The position numbers and the translations under genes are program-made. A stretch of 63,905 nt of DNA, the filler included, from Folioceros fuciformis (Eukaryota): assembly GCA_049999805.1 (NCBI GenBank). It is 12 parts of 12 records of this genome, joined end to end, with 100 filler letters (N's around TTAATTAATTAA, not from the genome) between each part and the next. Parts side by side here need not be neighbours in the genome. Positions count along the whole stretch, not along the records: positions 1 to 11,565 come from JBNGIO010003973.1; 11 more parts are not named here. One strand, given 5' to 3'. Each line of letters starts with the position of its first letter. Position 1 is the stretch's first letter. The notes under the pieces were generated by a model, which did no database searches, was not told where the DNA came from, and saw only the letters and a program-made list of their open reading frames with translations. Positions 1-11,244 of the stretch are shown piece by piece.

Positions 1-99
1 GGAGCAGGAGGCACAAACACCTCACTTTGCCTTCTTAGCATCAAGCTTTGGCGTACGGGGGGACGTCCAACCTGGAGAAATCCTAAGTATGGGACAATC

Positions 100-3000
100 T
101 TGGGGTTGGAACAACATTGTAGGACGAATCCCTGAGCCACAACAAGCACCCAAGCCTCGCGTATGTGTCGAGACCTTTGACTAGGTCATGGGGCCACAAC
201 TTGCAGCAGATCAAATGGTGTGCATACATACTTTGCTACTTGAGTACCAGGACTATTTTGCCTTCTCCATACAAGAGTTGAAGGGTTGCAAGGTGGCCAA
301 GTTTCACATCAACTTGACTAGCAAGGAGCCTATCTATAGAAGGTGCTACAGGCTTAGCCAGAAGGAGTTTGACCCGGTAGATGCACGCTGCCAAGAGTTG
401 CAGGTAGCTAGGCTCATTCGGCCCTCAAGCTCTGATTATGCTGCTACCACAGTCATGCCCCCCAAGAAGGACAGCAATGGGATGTGGATTGAGAAGAGGA
501 TGTTTGGAGACTATTGACCATCAATGTGGTGACAGCTCAAGATCAGTATCCTATGCCACCTCCTAAAGAAATCTTTGACAACATTGGCAAGTCCACCTAC
601 TTTTTAGTCTTGGATCTCGGGCAGGGTTTCAACTAAGTGCCTGTTGCTAAGGAGGATATCCAGAAGATGGCCTTCCATGGCTCTCAGCAACTATGTTATG
701 CCATTCGGCTTCAAAAATGCATGCAGTGACATTTCAACGCGTGATGGACATAGTGCTTGCAAGTTCAGCTAACCTCAAGTGCTACATTGATGATGTCCTA
801 GCCCACAACATGGACTTTGAGTCCCACCTGGAGCACCTGGAAGACCTGATCAAGAGATTGCGGAAGGCACCCTTGGCATGCCATCCAGCCAAGTGCGAAT
901 TTGGCATGAACACTATTGCCTACCTTGGAAACAGAATCATGGCTAGCGGTGTGATGCCCCATGCCACCAAGGTAGAGGGCATCTTGCAGGTGCAAGAGCC
1001 CACAAACATTTTTGCCCTACGAGCCTTCCTCAGTTTATGCAACTACTACCGAGTATACATTCGAGACTTCAGCCAAATTGCCAAGCATCTGAACAGCTGG
1101 CTGCAGTAGGATGTTCTTTGGACTTGGATATATAGAGGTAACTTAGCACGCCTTCCACACCCTGAAGATGAGTTTGACAAAGGCTCTTGTCATGGCCAAG
1201 CCCGACTTTGCCAAGCCATTTGTGTTGCACACCAACTAGAGCATCTTAGGCCTTGGTGCTATCTTAGCCCAGCAAGATGAGGATGGACAAGAGTGGGTGG
1301 TAGCATATGCCTCACGCAGCAACAGTAAGGCGGAAGCCAACTATAGCAGCTACGAGGAGGAGTGTTTAGCAGCTGTGTGGGCAGTTCGCCATTTTAGGGT
1401 TTAGGGTATGGCAAGCCCCTTTACACTGGTAACTGATCATCAGCCCCTCAAATGGTTGATGACCAACACCAAGTTGAGTGGTAAGCTTGCACAGTGGGCC
1501 ATGATCTTGCAGGACTACGAGCTCCAAGTGGTCCACTGCTCAGGGGTTATGCACCAGAACGTTGACACTCTCTCCCGAAATCCTTGTGCCAGTTGTGAGG
1601 ATATCGTAGAGGCTAGGCAGGATGCTGATGAGAGTGAAGTGCAGCACCCGTCAGCCTCAGCAATGCTGGCCTTAACGTGCTTGGGTGACTATGCTGTGTG
1701 TGGGGCAATCCCAAGTATGGTGGAGCTCTAGCAAACCAAGGGGCAATTGTCACCCTTGAACACCTACACTGGGGACAACCGGCCTAAGGACATTCCGGAG
1801 GTCCCTGACACTCTCCTGTTCATACAGACATGACAATTGAATCCTACCATGGACGCAGTGGAACAAGAGCAAGTGAGGCAACGGGAAACTCTTCACTCCT
1901 GGCAAGATGGTTATCTCCTCCGAAAGCTGCCCAATGGGTTGGAGCACATTGTCCCACCTCTGGTTGATCATAAGCGATTGATTCGCCAAGTGCACGATGA
2001 CATGGGCCATTTTGGGGTCAAGCGTACCTACAGCTTGCTCCTACCACATTTTCACATGCATTGGATGTATGCCCAAGTCAAGCAACATGTGGCTTGTTGC
2101 TAAGAGTGTGACAAGGTTAAGACATCCTTCACCATTCACAACCCGCAGCTGCACCCCTTGCCAATCATGGGACTATTTTTCAAGTGGTCTTGCGATTTGC
2201 TATGTGAACTACCCAAGACACCACGTGGGAATGTGTGTATCCTCATCATGATGGAACACTTTTCCAAATGGGTAGAAGTGGTGGCTTTGTCGGATAAGAG
2301 TTCTAGGAGCCCAGCTCAAGCTTTCCTCCAAAATGTACTGAGCTGCTTAGGAAGTTGTGCCGAGTGTCTGACGGATTAGGGGACTAAATTCATAGGGGAA
2401 ATTCCAGAACCCGTTGGATGCGGCACTCATTAACCATCGCAAGACTAATAGGGACCACCCACAAGCTGATTGTAGGGTTATTAAAGCCCAATGTGCTTAG
2501 ACTAATGTGTTTAGTCTAAGATTAGTGTCTAGTTAAGTATCATTTGTTTAGATTAGCTTAAGCTAATCTGTAGGAAGCTTCTTGCGCAGCTTCATGTGCG
2601 CTTCTTGTGAAGCTTCCTTGGGACCTCTTCTAGAGGCTATAAATACCTCCTTGAGCTCCCTTGCAATAGAGACATTGTAAGAGTGCGAGACCTCTCTTCC
2701 TCCTCTCCTCCTTCACCATGTGGCTCCTCTAGTGATCCTTCACTAATGGCCTTGTTGCACGCATGGTGCAGACCATTTAGAAGGGTTTGAAGAAGCTTTG
2801 CCTTCAAATGCCAAAAACAGAGTGGGATTTGGCACTCCCTTACATTGCCATGGGCTACCGCACGAGTGGCCATGCCTCGTTGGCCCATTTTACTCCCTGT
2901 TTCTTACTGTTTGGGAGGGATCATGTGCCGCCCATCGTCACCAGCAACTGGGTGGCCCAGGTCGCTATCCATGCCAAGTCTACAGCAGGGTCGATGACCC

Positions 3001-3126
3001 TGAGTTGATGTTGCTATGTGACTCCTGCAACGGTGGTGATCACTTGTTTTGCTTATAGCCCCCTTTGCCTGAGGTGCTAGAGTAGCTATGGTATTGCCCT
3101 TCATGTGCTACTCCTCCTGTAGCCTA
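100..3126 (+). mobile_element. Decayed Ty3/gypsy pol (RT, RNase H, integrase, C-terminal PHD finger), interrupted by a solo LTR
   Basis: RT motifs KKD..RMFGDY and CYIDDVL. RNase H motifs VAYASR and FTLVTDHQPLKW. Integrase motifs HDDMGHFG, EHFSKWVE and HPQADG. Order RT-RH-INT is gypsy. Many stops and frameshifts. Confidence 0.92.
2471..2742 (+). mobile_element. Solo LTR of a copia family (family A) inserted in the gypsy integrase
   Basis: TG...CA ends, internal TATAAATA, flanked by near-perfect 5-bp TSD ctgat/ctaat. The same sequence precedes a PBS at 51131-51562. Confidence 0.9.
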
Positions 3127-3169
3127 AGCGCTATGACACGCAAGCTTGACCAGCTGGGGGGGGAGCAGT

Positions 3170-3725
3170 AAGTGCTCCATCAGCTCTAACTTGCTCCCAT
3201 GAGCATGACTCACTTTCTTTTCGACGACGTTGTTCTTGCAAGATTGCTAAGACAAGGCATATTCGGGACTGTTCTTTTCATGACTCCCCAAATCTTGCGA
3301 ACTTACTGCTTTTCACGACAGCTGATAGGAAGCTGTTATGACGGTTTAGGGTTTAGGGATATGTTCATTCTGGAATCGAGATTGCCAGGACTCCTGAGAC
3401 TACTTCCACCACTATGCTCGAGCACAAAAGAAGGTAAGGTGAGTTCACATCCATAGCTTTTAGTTTGTGTCTTAGAACAATATGGATAATAGTTATTATT
3501 CCCTTTTATTTCATTAATTTGGAAACATAGTTATTACGAACAATAAACAAATTCAAGTATAAGGAATAGGTACTCCATCATCTCTAACTTGCTCCCATGA
3601 GCATGACTCACTTTCTTTTCAATGGAGTTGTTCTTAAACTGCAAGATTGCTAGGACAAGGCATATTCGGGACTGTCCTTTCCGAGACTCCTCGAATCTTG
3701 CCAACTTGTTGCCTTTCACGACAAG
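3170..3725 (+). repeat. Diverged ~150-bp direct repeat pair (about 3170-3325 and 3570-3725)
   Basis: Both copies share ctctaacttgctcccatgagcatgactcactttcttttc and acaaggcatattcgggactgt. Confidence 0.85.
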
Positions 3726-3729
3726 TTGC

Positions 3730-4880
3730 AGACCCCACCTCTCCTGCCAATGGAGTTACTGACGCCGCCTCTCCTACCAATGGAGTTGCTAATGTCGCCT
3801 CTTCTGTCAATGGAGTTGATGACACCGCCTCTCCTATCAATGGAGTTGCAAACACTGCCTCTTCTGTCAATGGAGTTGATGACACCGCCTCTCCTATCAA
3901 TGGAGTTGCAAACACNNNNNNNNNNNNNNNNNNNNNNNNNNNNNNNNNNNNNNNNNNNNNNNNNNNNNNNNNNNNNNNNNNNNNNNNNNNNNNNNNNNNN
4001 NNNNNNNNNNNNNNNAATGGAGTTGATGACACCGCCTCTCCTATCAATGGAGTTGCAAACACCGCCTCTTCGGTCCCATGCAGTTGCAAAGGCCACCTCT
4101 TTTGCCAATGGAGTTGCTAACCCCACCTCTCTTGCCAATGGAGTTGCTGATGCTGCCTCTCGTGCCAATGGAGTTGCTAGCGGTGCCTCTCCTGCCAATG
4201 GAGTTGCTAGCGGTGCCTCTCCTACCAATGGAGTTGTTGACACAGCCTCTCCTATCGATGGAGTTGCAAACACCGCCTCTCTGACCCCATGCAGTTGCAG
4301 AGGCCACCTCTCTTGCTAATGGAGTTGCTGACGCCACCTCTCCTATCGATGGAGTTGCAAACACCGCCTCTCCGGCCTCGTGAAATTGTGGCGGTCACCT
4401 CTCTTGTCAATGGAGTTGCCGACACCGCCTCTCCTGCCAATGGAGTTGCAAATGGAACCCTCCGGCCTCATGCAACTGTGGCGGTCACCTCTCTTGTCAA
4501 TGGAGTTGTTGACACCGCCTCTCCTGCCAATGGAGTTGCAACGCCGCCTCTCCGGCCCGATGCAGTTGTGGAGGCCACCTCTCCTGCTAATGGAGTTGCT
4601 GACACCACCTCTCCTGCCACCACCTCTCCTGCTAATGGAGTTGCTGACACCACCTCTCCTGCTAATGGAGTTGCTGACACCACCTCTCCTACCAAAAGAG
4701 TTGTTGACGTCACCTCTATTGCCAACAGAGTTGCTAACGTCACCTCTCCTACGAATGGAGTTGCTGACATCACTTCTCCTACGCTGACGTCACCTCTCTT
4801 ACTTAATATTGCTAACACCACCTCTCATGCCAATGGAGTTGCTGACGCCGCCTCTACTACTAATGGAGTGGCTCACGCTG
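3730..4880. repeat. 30-bp minisatellite (consensus cctctcctgccaatggagttgctgacaccg), about 30 units
   Basis: AATGGAGTTG recurs mostly every 30 nt; translates to SPANGVADTA repeats; contains a 100-N gap. Confidence 0.95.
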
Positions 4881-5152
4881 CTTGTCCTTCCAATGGCGAC
4901 CCTCGGTCTAGAGCAACGGGGACGCACGGTGTAGAGCAACGGCGACGCTCGTTCTCGAGCAATGGCGACTATCGCTCTAGCAGTGGCAATCCCTGCCGAA
5001 AGGACGCTCTGTCAAATAAATTACAAATAAAAAGAAAAAATTATAACGCAAACAACTTTTGATGTGATCAGGGGTCTCAAACCTAATGCCAAGGAGCCTA
5101 TTCAACCATATTTGGCCTTCGTGCCACATAGCTCACTGGCCACTTTGTTCTT

Positions 5153-8100
5153 TCAGGGTCTACCCTTACAACTGCAACACCCAGCTGTGAAACGATGCAC
5201 ACGGTACCCATCCCTCACAACGATGTCTCTCTGTTCAAGCCTTGACATGATCTCCGTGGAACTGTGGCAGTCGCTGCACATGCGTAGATTCTTCGTTATC
5301 ACCAGAGGTGTGCCACTCGGAGTGTTCAACAGACCGAACGCCAGAGCTAGCTTCTCAGCGTGCCCACAAAGCAGATCCTCCTTCTCCTTCTCACAGGCTG
5401 GCTTCAGCACCAAGTTTGTGTGAGGTACGTGGCCACCTTCCTGCTGCAGCCGTGCATAGGTGTTATCCACCTTAGAGGCGATGTCACTTCTCCTTTCTCC
5501 TACCAGAAACCTGTGTACCTCATTATTCACTTCAATGGTTACCATCGCGGGTTTCTTGTTAGCTCCTGCTGCTGCCCTTCTCTGTGTTTCAATCCTGTCT
5601 ACATCGGTCCACCTACCTGCATCGGCGTAGGCATTGGCCATGAGCACATACGAAGACGCCGTTTGAGGCTCCAGCCTGACGATGCTTTCAAAACACCGCA
5701 CCGCCCTCTCTATATCCCCGTGACTTTTGCAGGCATTCAACAAGCAACGCAAGCCCACAACATTACTTTCGCCCTCACAAGATAATAGCATCTCCTCTGC
5801 CTCGTCTAAATGGCCAGCACGCCCAAGAAGATCTATCATGCACGTGTAATGCTCGACACTAGGTTCGATGCCATGCTTTTCAGCCATGGAATCGAAGTGC
5901 TTGCGACCCTCGTGGACAAGCCCCGCATGACTGCATGCTACAAGAAGGCAAGTGAAAGTCGAATCATTAGGTTGAACACCGGCAACCAACATCTCCTCAA
6001 AACAAGCTTGTGCCTTGTGACCCTCATCACAAGTACCATACCCAGATATCATGGCGTTCCATGTCACCACATTCTTTGTGGCCAAGCTGTCGAAAACCTG
6101 GCGTGCATCTTCCAGTTCACCACATTCTGCGTACATGTCCACCAGGCAGGTGCCCACCACTACGTCGGCGAGCAGTCCTCTTTCCACAATCTGTGAGTGC
6201 AGCTGCCTGCCCCTCTGTAAGGAACCAGTGCTTCCACAGGCCTTCAGAAGGCAAGCAAAAGTAACATGGTCAGCCAAAATGAGGCCCGTCTCCTCCATTT
6301 GTCCATACACAACAAGCGCTTCATCGCCGAGTCCTTGCTGTGCATACCCAGCAATCAAGGCATTCCATGTCACCACATCCTTTGAGTTCATGCCGTCAAA
6401 AACATTGTGTGCATCTTCCAGTTCACCACATTTCACATACATGTCCACCAGGCAGGTGCCCACCAATACGTCATTCAGCAGTCCTCTTTCCACAATCTGC
6501 GAGTGCAGCTGCCTGCCCTTCTGTAGGGCACAAGTGCTTGCACAGGCCTTCAGAAGGCAAGCAAAAGTAACATGGTTACCCAAAACCAGGCCCTCCTGCT
6601 CCATTCGTCCATACACAAGAAGCGCCTCTTGGCCAAGTCCTTGCTGTGCATAGCCTGCGATCAGGGCAGTCCATGTCACCACATCCTTTTCGGCCATGCT
6701 GTCAAAAACTCGGCGCGCATCTTCCACTTCACCCAATTTTGTGTACATGTCCACCAGACAGGTGCCCACCACTACATCATCCAGCAGTCCTCTCTCCACA
6801 ATCTGTGAGTGCAGCTGCCTGCCCGTCTGTAAGGCACCAGTGCTTCCACAGGCCTTGAGAAGGCAAGCGTAAGTAGCTTGGTTAGCCAAAAGCAGCCCCT
6901 CCTGCTCCATTTGTCCATACACAAGGAGCGCCTCCTGGCCGAGTCCTTGATGTGCATACCCAGAGATCAGCGCTGTCCACGTCACCACATCCTTCGAGGG
7001 CATGCAGTCAAAAACCTGGCGCGCATCTTCCAGTTCACCACATTTTGCATACATGTCCACCAGGCAGGTGCCCACGACTACGTCATCCAGCAGTCCTCTT
7101 TCCACAATCTGTGAGTGCAGCTGCCTGCCCTTCTGTAAGGCGCCAGTGCTTGCACAGGCCTTCAGGAGGCAAGCAAAAGTAGCATAATTAGCCAAAAGCA
7201 TGCCCTCCTGCTCCATTTGTCCATACACAAAAAGCGCTTCATGCGCGAGCCCTTGCTGTGCATACCCAGCAATCAGGGCTGTCCATGTCACCACATTCTT
7301 GGTGGCCAAGCTCTCAAAAACCTGGCGGGCATCTTCCAGTTCACCACATTTGGCATACATGTCCACCAGGCAGGTGCCAACAAACAAGTTCATAGGAGCG
7401 CCACTCTGCACCACATCATAATGCACTTTTCTGCCAGATTCCAAGTCGGTGGCAAATGCACAGGCTTGAAGGGCGGCAGAAAAGACGTGAGAATCGGCCA
7501 TCACTCCTGACCTACGCATCTGATGGTAGAGTTGTATGGCCTCCTTAGGTTTCCCATGCTTGGCATGAGCAGAGATAATGGCAAACCACAAAAAGACATT
7601 TGGTTTGCCGACCTTGGTGAATACAGCCATAGCCTCCTGCAGCCTACCTCTACAGGCATACATGCGCAAGATGTGGTTACCCAAGTATGCACTCGAGCCA
7701 TATCCAAGTTTGGCAGCCAGATTATGAACTCGTCGCCCCACAACCAAATCCTTCTTGGCTGTACATAGTTTGAGCACAGCGGATAACACAGACTCAGAAA
7801 CAGCAGACTCTGTCTGTGTCAGAGCTTCCAGGGTTTCAACGGCCTCGGAAAGCTTCCCCTGCTGGCACAACATGCTCACAGTTCCTGCTCTTACGACGCT
7901 CATTTTCAATCCTGTACGCCTCCCATGTTCAATCTTATTCAAAGGGCTGAACTCCGAAGGAGCGGCACCATGGCCCATATCCGTATCCAAGAAACTGAGC
8001 TGCTCATCAACCCAAGGTGGCTTGAACATGTTGTTCACCCACAGCATCTCGCCGGACCCCTTACGCCGGAAGTCAGGCACACGGGGGCTCATCTTACCTC

Positions 8101-8374
8101 GTCTGTTGTCCCACCACATAGTAGGGTCCAGAAAAAATTGTTGCCACAAGTGCTCCTGCTCCTGGCAACGCCCATCGCTGGAAAACCCGCCCGTACCCAC
8201 ACTCTCTCGCGAAAGTGGAAGTCCTGGGGTCCTCACGCTGCTGTACCTCGAGGCTTCGTTTGGAAGGGGTTGAGCCCCTACGATGAGGTGAGCGGAAGCT
8301 CCTGGTAGAATTCCTGTACACACACCAATTTGTTGGGTCCACAACGGGACCGGTTGCCACACTGTGGCCATCAT
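5153..8374 (-). CDS. PLS-class PPR protein with E domains and DYW:KP (GRP-type) deaminase domain, plus N-terminal PDF motif; candidate organellar U-to-C RNA editing factor
   Basis: Uninterrupted 1073-aa ORF with about 20 P/L/S repeats, P2-L2-S2 (CSHAGLV...EHYTCMIDLLGRAG), KKPAMVTIEV, HAEKLA, CSDCH and C-terminus CSCKGRP. The true start may lie in an upstream exon (possible acceptor at 8385). Confidence 0.96.
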   Translation of the reverse strand: MMATVWQPVPLWTQQIGVCTGILPGASAHLIVGAQPLPNEASRYSSVRTPGLPLSRESVGTGGFSSDGRCQEQEHLWQQFFLDPTMWWDNRRGKMSPRVPDFRRKGSGEMLWVNNMFKPPWVDEQLSFLDTDMGHGAAPSEFSPLNKIEHGRRTGLKMSVVRAGTVSMLCQQGKLSEAVETLEALTQTESAVSESVLSAVLKLCTAKKDLVVGRRVHNLAAKLGYGSSAYLGNHILRMYACRGRLQEAMAVFTKVGKPNVFLWFAIISAHAKHGKPKEAIQLYHQMRRSGVMADSHVFSAALQACAFATDLESGRKVHYDVVQSGAPMNLFVGTCLVDMYAKCGELEDARQVFESLATKNVVTWTALIAGYAQQGLAHEALFVYGQMEQEGMLLANYATFACLLKACASTGALQKGRQLHSQIVERGLLDDVVVGTCLVDMYAKCGELEDARQVFDCMPSKDVVTWTALISGYAHQGLGQEALLVYGQMEQEGLLLANQATYACLLKACGSTGALQTGRQLHSQIVERGLLDDVVVGTCLVDMYTKLGEVEDARRVFDSMAEKDVVTWTALIAGYAQQGLGQEALLVYGRMEQEGLVLGNHVTFACLLKACASTCALQKGRQLHSQIVERGLLNDVLVGTCLVDMYVKCGELEDAHNVFDGMNSKDVVTWNALIAGYAQQGLGDEALVVYGQMEETGLILADHVTFACLLKACGSTGSLQRGRQLHSQIVERGLLADVVVGTCLVDMYAECGELEDARQVFDSLATKNVVTWNAMISGYGTCDEGHKAQACFEEMLVAGVQPNDSTFTCLLVACSHAGLVHEGRKHFDSMAEKHGIEPSVEHYTCMIDLLGRAGHLDEAEEMLLSCEGESNVVGLRCLLNACKSHGDIERAVRCFESIVRLEPQTASSYVLMANAYADAGRWTDVDRIETQRRAAAGANKKPAMVTIEVNNEVHRFLVGERRSDIASKVDNTYARLQQEGGHVPHTNLVLKPACEKEKEDLLCGHAEKLALAFGLLNTPSGTPLVITKNLRMCSDCHSSTEIMSRLEQRDIVVRDGYRVHRFTAGCCSCKGRP

Positions 8375-11244
8375 CCAGGGACCGCTGTGACAAGATGAGT
8401 CTTACAACAGACTATGGCAGCATGGCAGGATTCCCAGGTACTGTGTACGACCACACCAAGCAGTCGTACGGGGAGCTTGGATGTGCATGGGAAAGACAAG
8501 GCCGCTCACAAACGCGGCCCCTCCAGGCGCACTAGCCCGCAACAGCCTTCAGACACTAGCCCACAATAGCCTTCAGCGCATCCACGCCAGGGTTGGCGAC
8601 TCTTCTTTCTTGGCCTGGAATCCCACCAAAGTGTCGGGTCAGGAAGAAGCTGTGGCAACAACTCCTCCGAGCCACGACTCTGTCTAGACGATCCCTTTCC
8701 ACCCGGACCTCGTCCAGGACAGATTGGCTGCTGTGCACCATCGCGGGAGCTGTCCACTTGATTGCGCGTCAACAGCAGAATCGAGCGCTGTGAGTCCTTG
8801 TAGGTTATTCAGGCTGGAAGGCGCAGCCGGGTCTTCAGCACTTCTCTCATTACTGTCAAGCGTAGAAGAACAAGTGGTGAAAAGAATTCTATTAGAGTCC
8901 ACTTCGGACGAATTTCCATCATGTAGCCCAGCCACTACATCATCACCACATTTCCGTGAGTTCTTCATGTGGCACAGGGACAGGAGCTATGGAATACCAA
9001 ACAGGAAAGAGAGTATCTGTGTTCTTTCACGACAATGCTGAGAGTCGGGAGTCCGCTGTGGTCCCCAAACCACCGCTACCCCCCTTGCCGAAGGAGACAT
9101 CTGGGGGCTCATGACGACATAGCGCACGAGATCTCCGATTTCGCGTAGCTTCTACCAGCACTTGTTTTTTTCCACAACCATGGAACGCGAACGCGCTTGG
9201 ACTCTCCACTAACGCGCACGCACTCACTGCGAACTCGCCTGCCTCCGGCCACACTCACGCTAGCGTTTGGGTTGCTCCCCGTGGCGTGGTTTCCCCACTG
9301 AATTCGCTGGCCACAGGCAGGCTGTGCGGCATGGATGCGGTTTGGACGTCAAGGGATGTGGCTTGGACGTCAAGAGGCCCCGTGGCTACAGAGGGTCTGA
9401 GGCTCAAAGCCCATCCCCTCTCTCCGCCCGACGGCTGCTGCCAGCCTTCGGCCATGGACCTTGGTTTCTGGGCAAAGAGCTTGGTCACCACTTCCATTGG
9501 GCCTGGCGCTCTTTGGTTGCGATCGTCTATGCAAACTGAGGGCTGAAAAAGTTGGGGATTCACCGCTTCCACTGCACTGAAACCGTGTCCCTACGTACGC
9601 GCGCTTCCGTGCGCCTGTTGTGTCTGCTTTGGTGCACTGTCTGGTTTGTAAGGATGCCCAAACCGGATGTCGAGTTCCCGGGAATGGAGGATGGATATCC
9701 CGGCAGATACCCCATGAGAAAACAATAAAGTATGTAGAGAGAGGGAGTGTATGCCATACAGGAGCTGTTCTCTTAAAAAATGAAGACGTTGTCCTTCAAT
9801 TTCTCTTTCGTGATCGCTTTCCATGGGTCCACTTTTCATTCGTTGATGTGGCACATGAGATTTCTCTGAGGTTCCCATATTAGCTTCGGAGGATGTTCCC
9901 TCCCGGTCAGGGCCTTGGGGACCAATAGAGGTATTCAGATCAGCCACTACCCATCGCCCATGCTCTGTAGCTGCTGAAATCTGAGCTAGTTGAACTTCCG
10001 GTACGCGGATTGTGATCAGATGTGTTGATCAAAAGTATCATCATCCAGTCAGACTTATCAAGAATCTTGCTTGACTAAATAGCGCAAATCGCTTGACTAA
10101 GCACGGTAGATAGCAGGGACGAGTCCACAGACACTATGCCATGGTGAATAGTGTATCGTGGAACTCTCCTGAAGAACATCAGGAATAGTCTGAACGAAGC
10201 CGATTCACGAGCTGGTGAAACCCAACCGCCTTCACAATCGCCACTTCCGGGCCTCCTCGGTGGCAATTCAGGAGCAGCGCTCCACTCCAGTCGAAGCCAT
10301 GGATCAGATTCTGTAGATGGGCTTTGCGCAGGCTGTATTGCACAATCTACAGCAGCAAGCCCGAGAGAAAGCCACCGACGAGATTACGTTTGGCAAAACA
10401 ATACTCGGATCTTGTTGTCGGATACCGGGACTCTTCTTACAAGTGATCCTTGTTGTCCCCGTAGGTTATTGCAAGTCTAAATGAAACCAGTGCCTCAGGT
10501 CGTGATGGTGTTACACCCTGTGCTCTAGATGAGACTAGAAAACGTGACAACGCTATCCTCGACAGTGCACTTGCCTGCACATGTTCATGTCTTGACCTGC
10601 TAAGACCACAAGGATTCTTGAAGTGATAGCTTCCAACGACTCATCTGAAGTTGTTGATTAAGCAGCGACTTGGGACAGAAATGTTGCTATAATTTCCAAC
10701 CACCGACATCGAGCGTACGTAAACTACAAATCCTCCACGAGTCCCACTGGATACGTTTCCTATTGGTAGAGTCGGTCCATGAATCCTTTCAGAACTGATG
10801 GAAGGACGTGGACGTGGAGTCTGTTGAATGACAGTATCGAAAGCAGACGCCGGAGTAAAACAATTGGGACTCTTCCCACTAAACTACAAAAAGGTTGGCT
10901 CCTTGTCGCCCATCCTACTGCAGGTCGTACATTGATTTCGACAGGCTTGCACAGCAGACGAGAAAGTATGATGGAATGCGCCAGAAATTCGTCAGGACGT
11001 ACTTCACACCACAGAACACGACGTGAAACGCAGTGTCGTGAATGCTGGAGACCGCACAACGGCTTAGACCGGAGTTGGTGAGTGAGTGCAGGACACAAAT
11101 GAGGAACCGTTCCGTGCATGTGCTCTGTTATGCTCAAGACGCGTCACAGGAGGCAAGCGAAGGAAGCACATCGAAGTCGGTTTGTGAATTTGGCACGCAC
11201 TTTTCAATTTCCGGGTAGATCTGTCTCCAGTGAGGCAGGGCCCC

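Noticed and set aside
1392-1407. (TTTAGGG)2 telomere-like motif, also near 3345
   Set aside because: Only two units; explained by chance or micro-duplication.
5064-8308. Many plus-strand and alternate-frame ORFs over the PPR gene
   Set aside because: Shadow ORFs produced by the repetitive, stop-poor PPR coding sequence.
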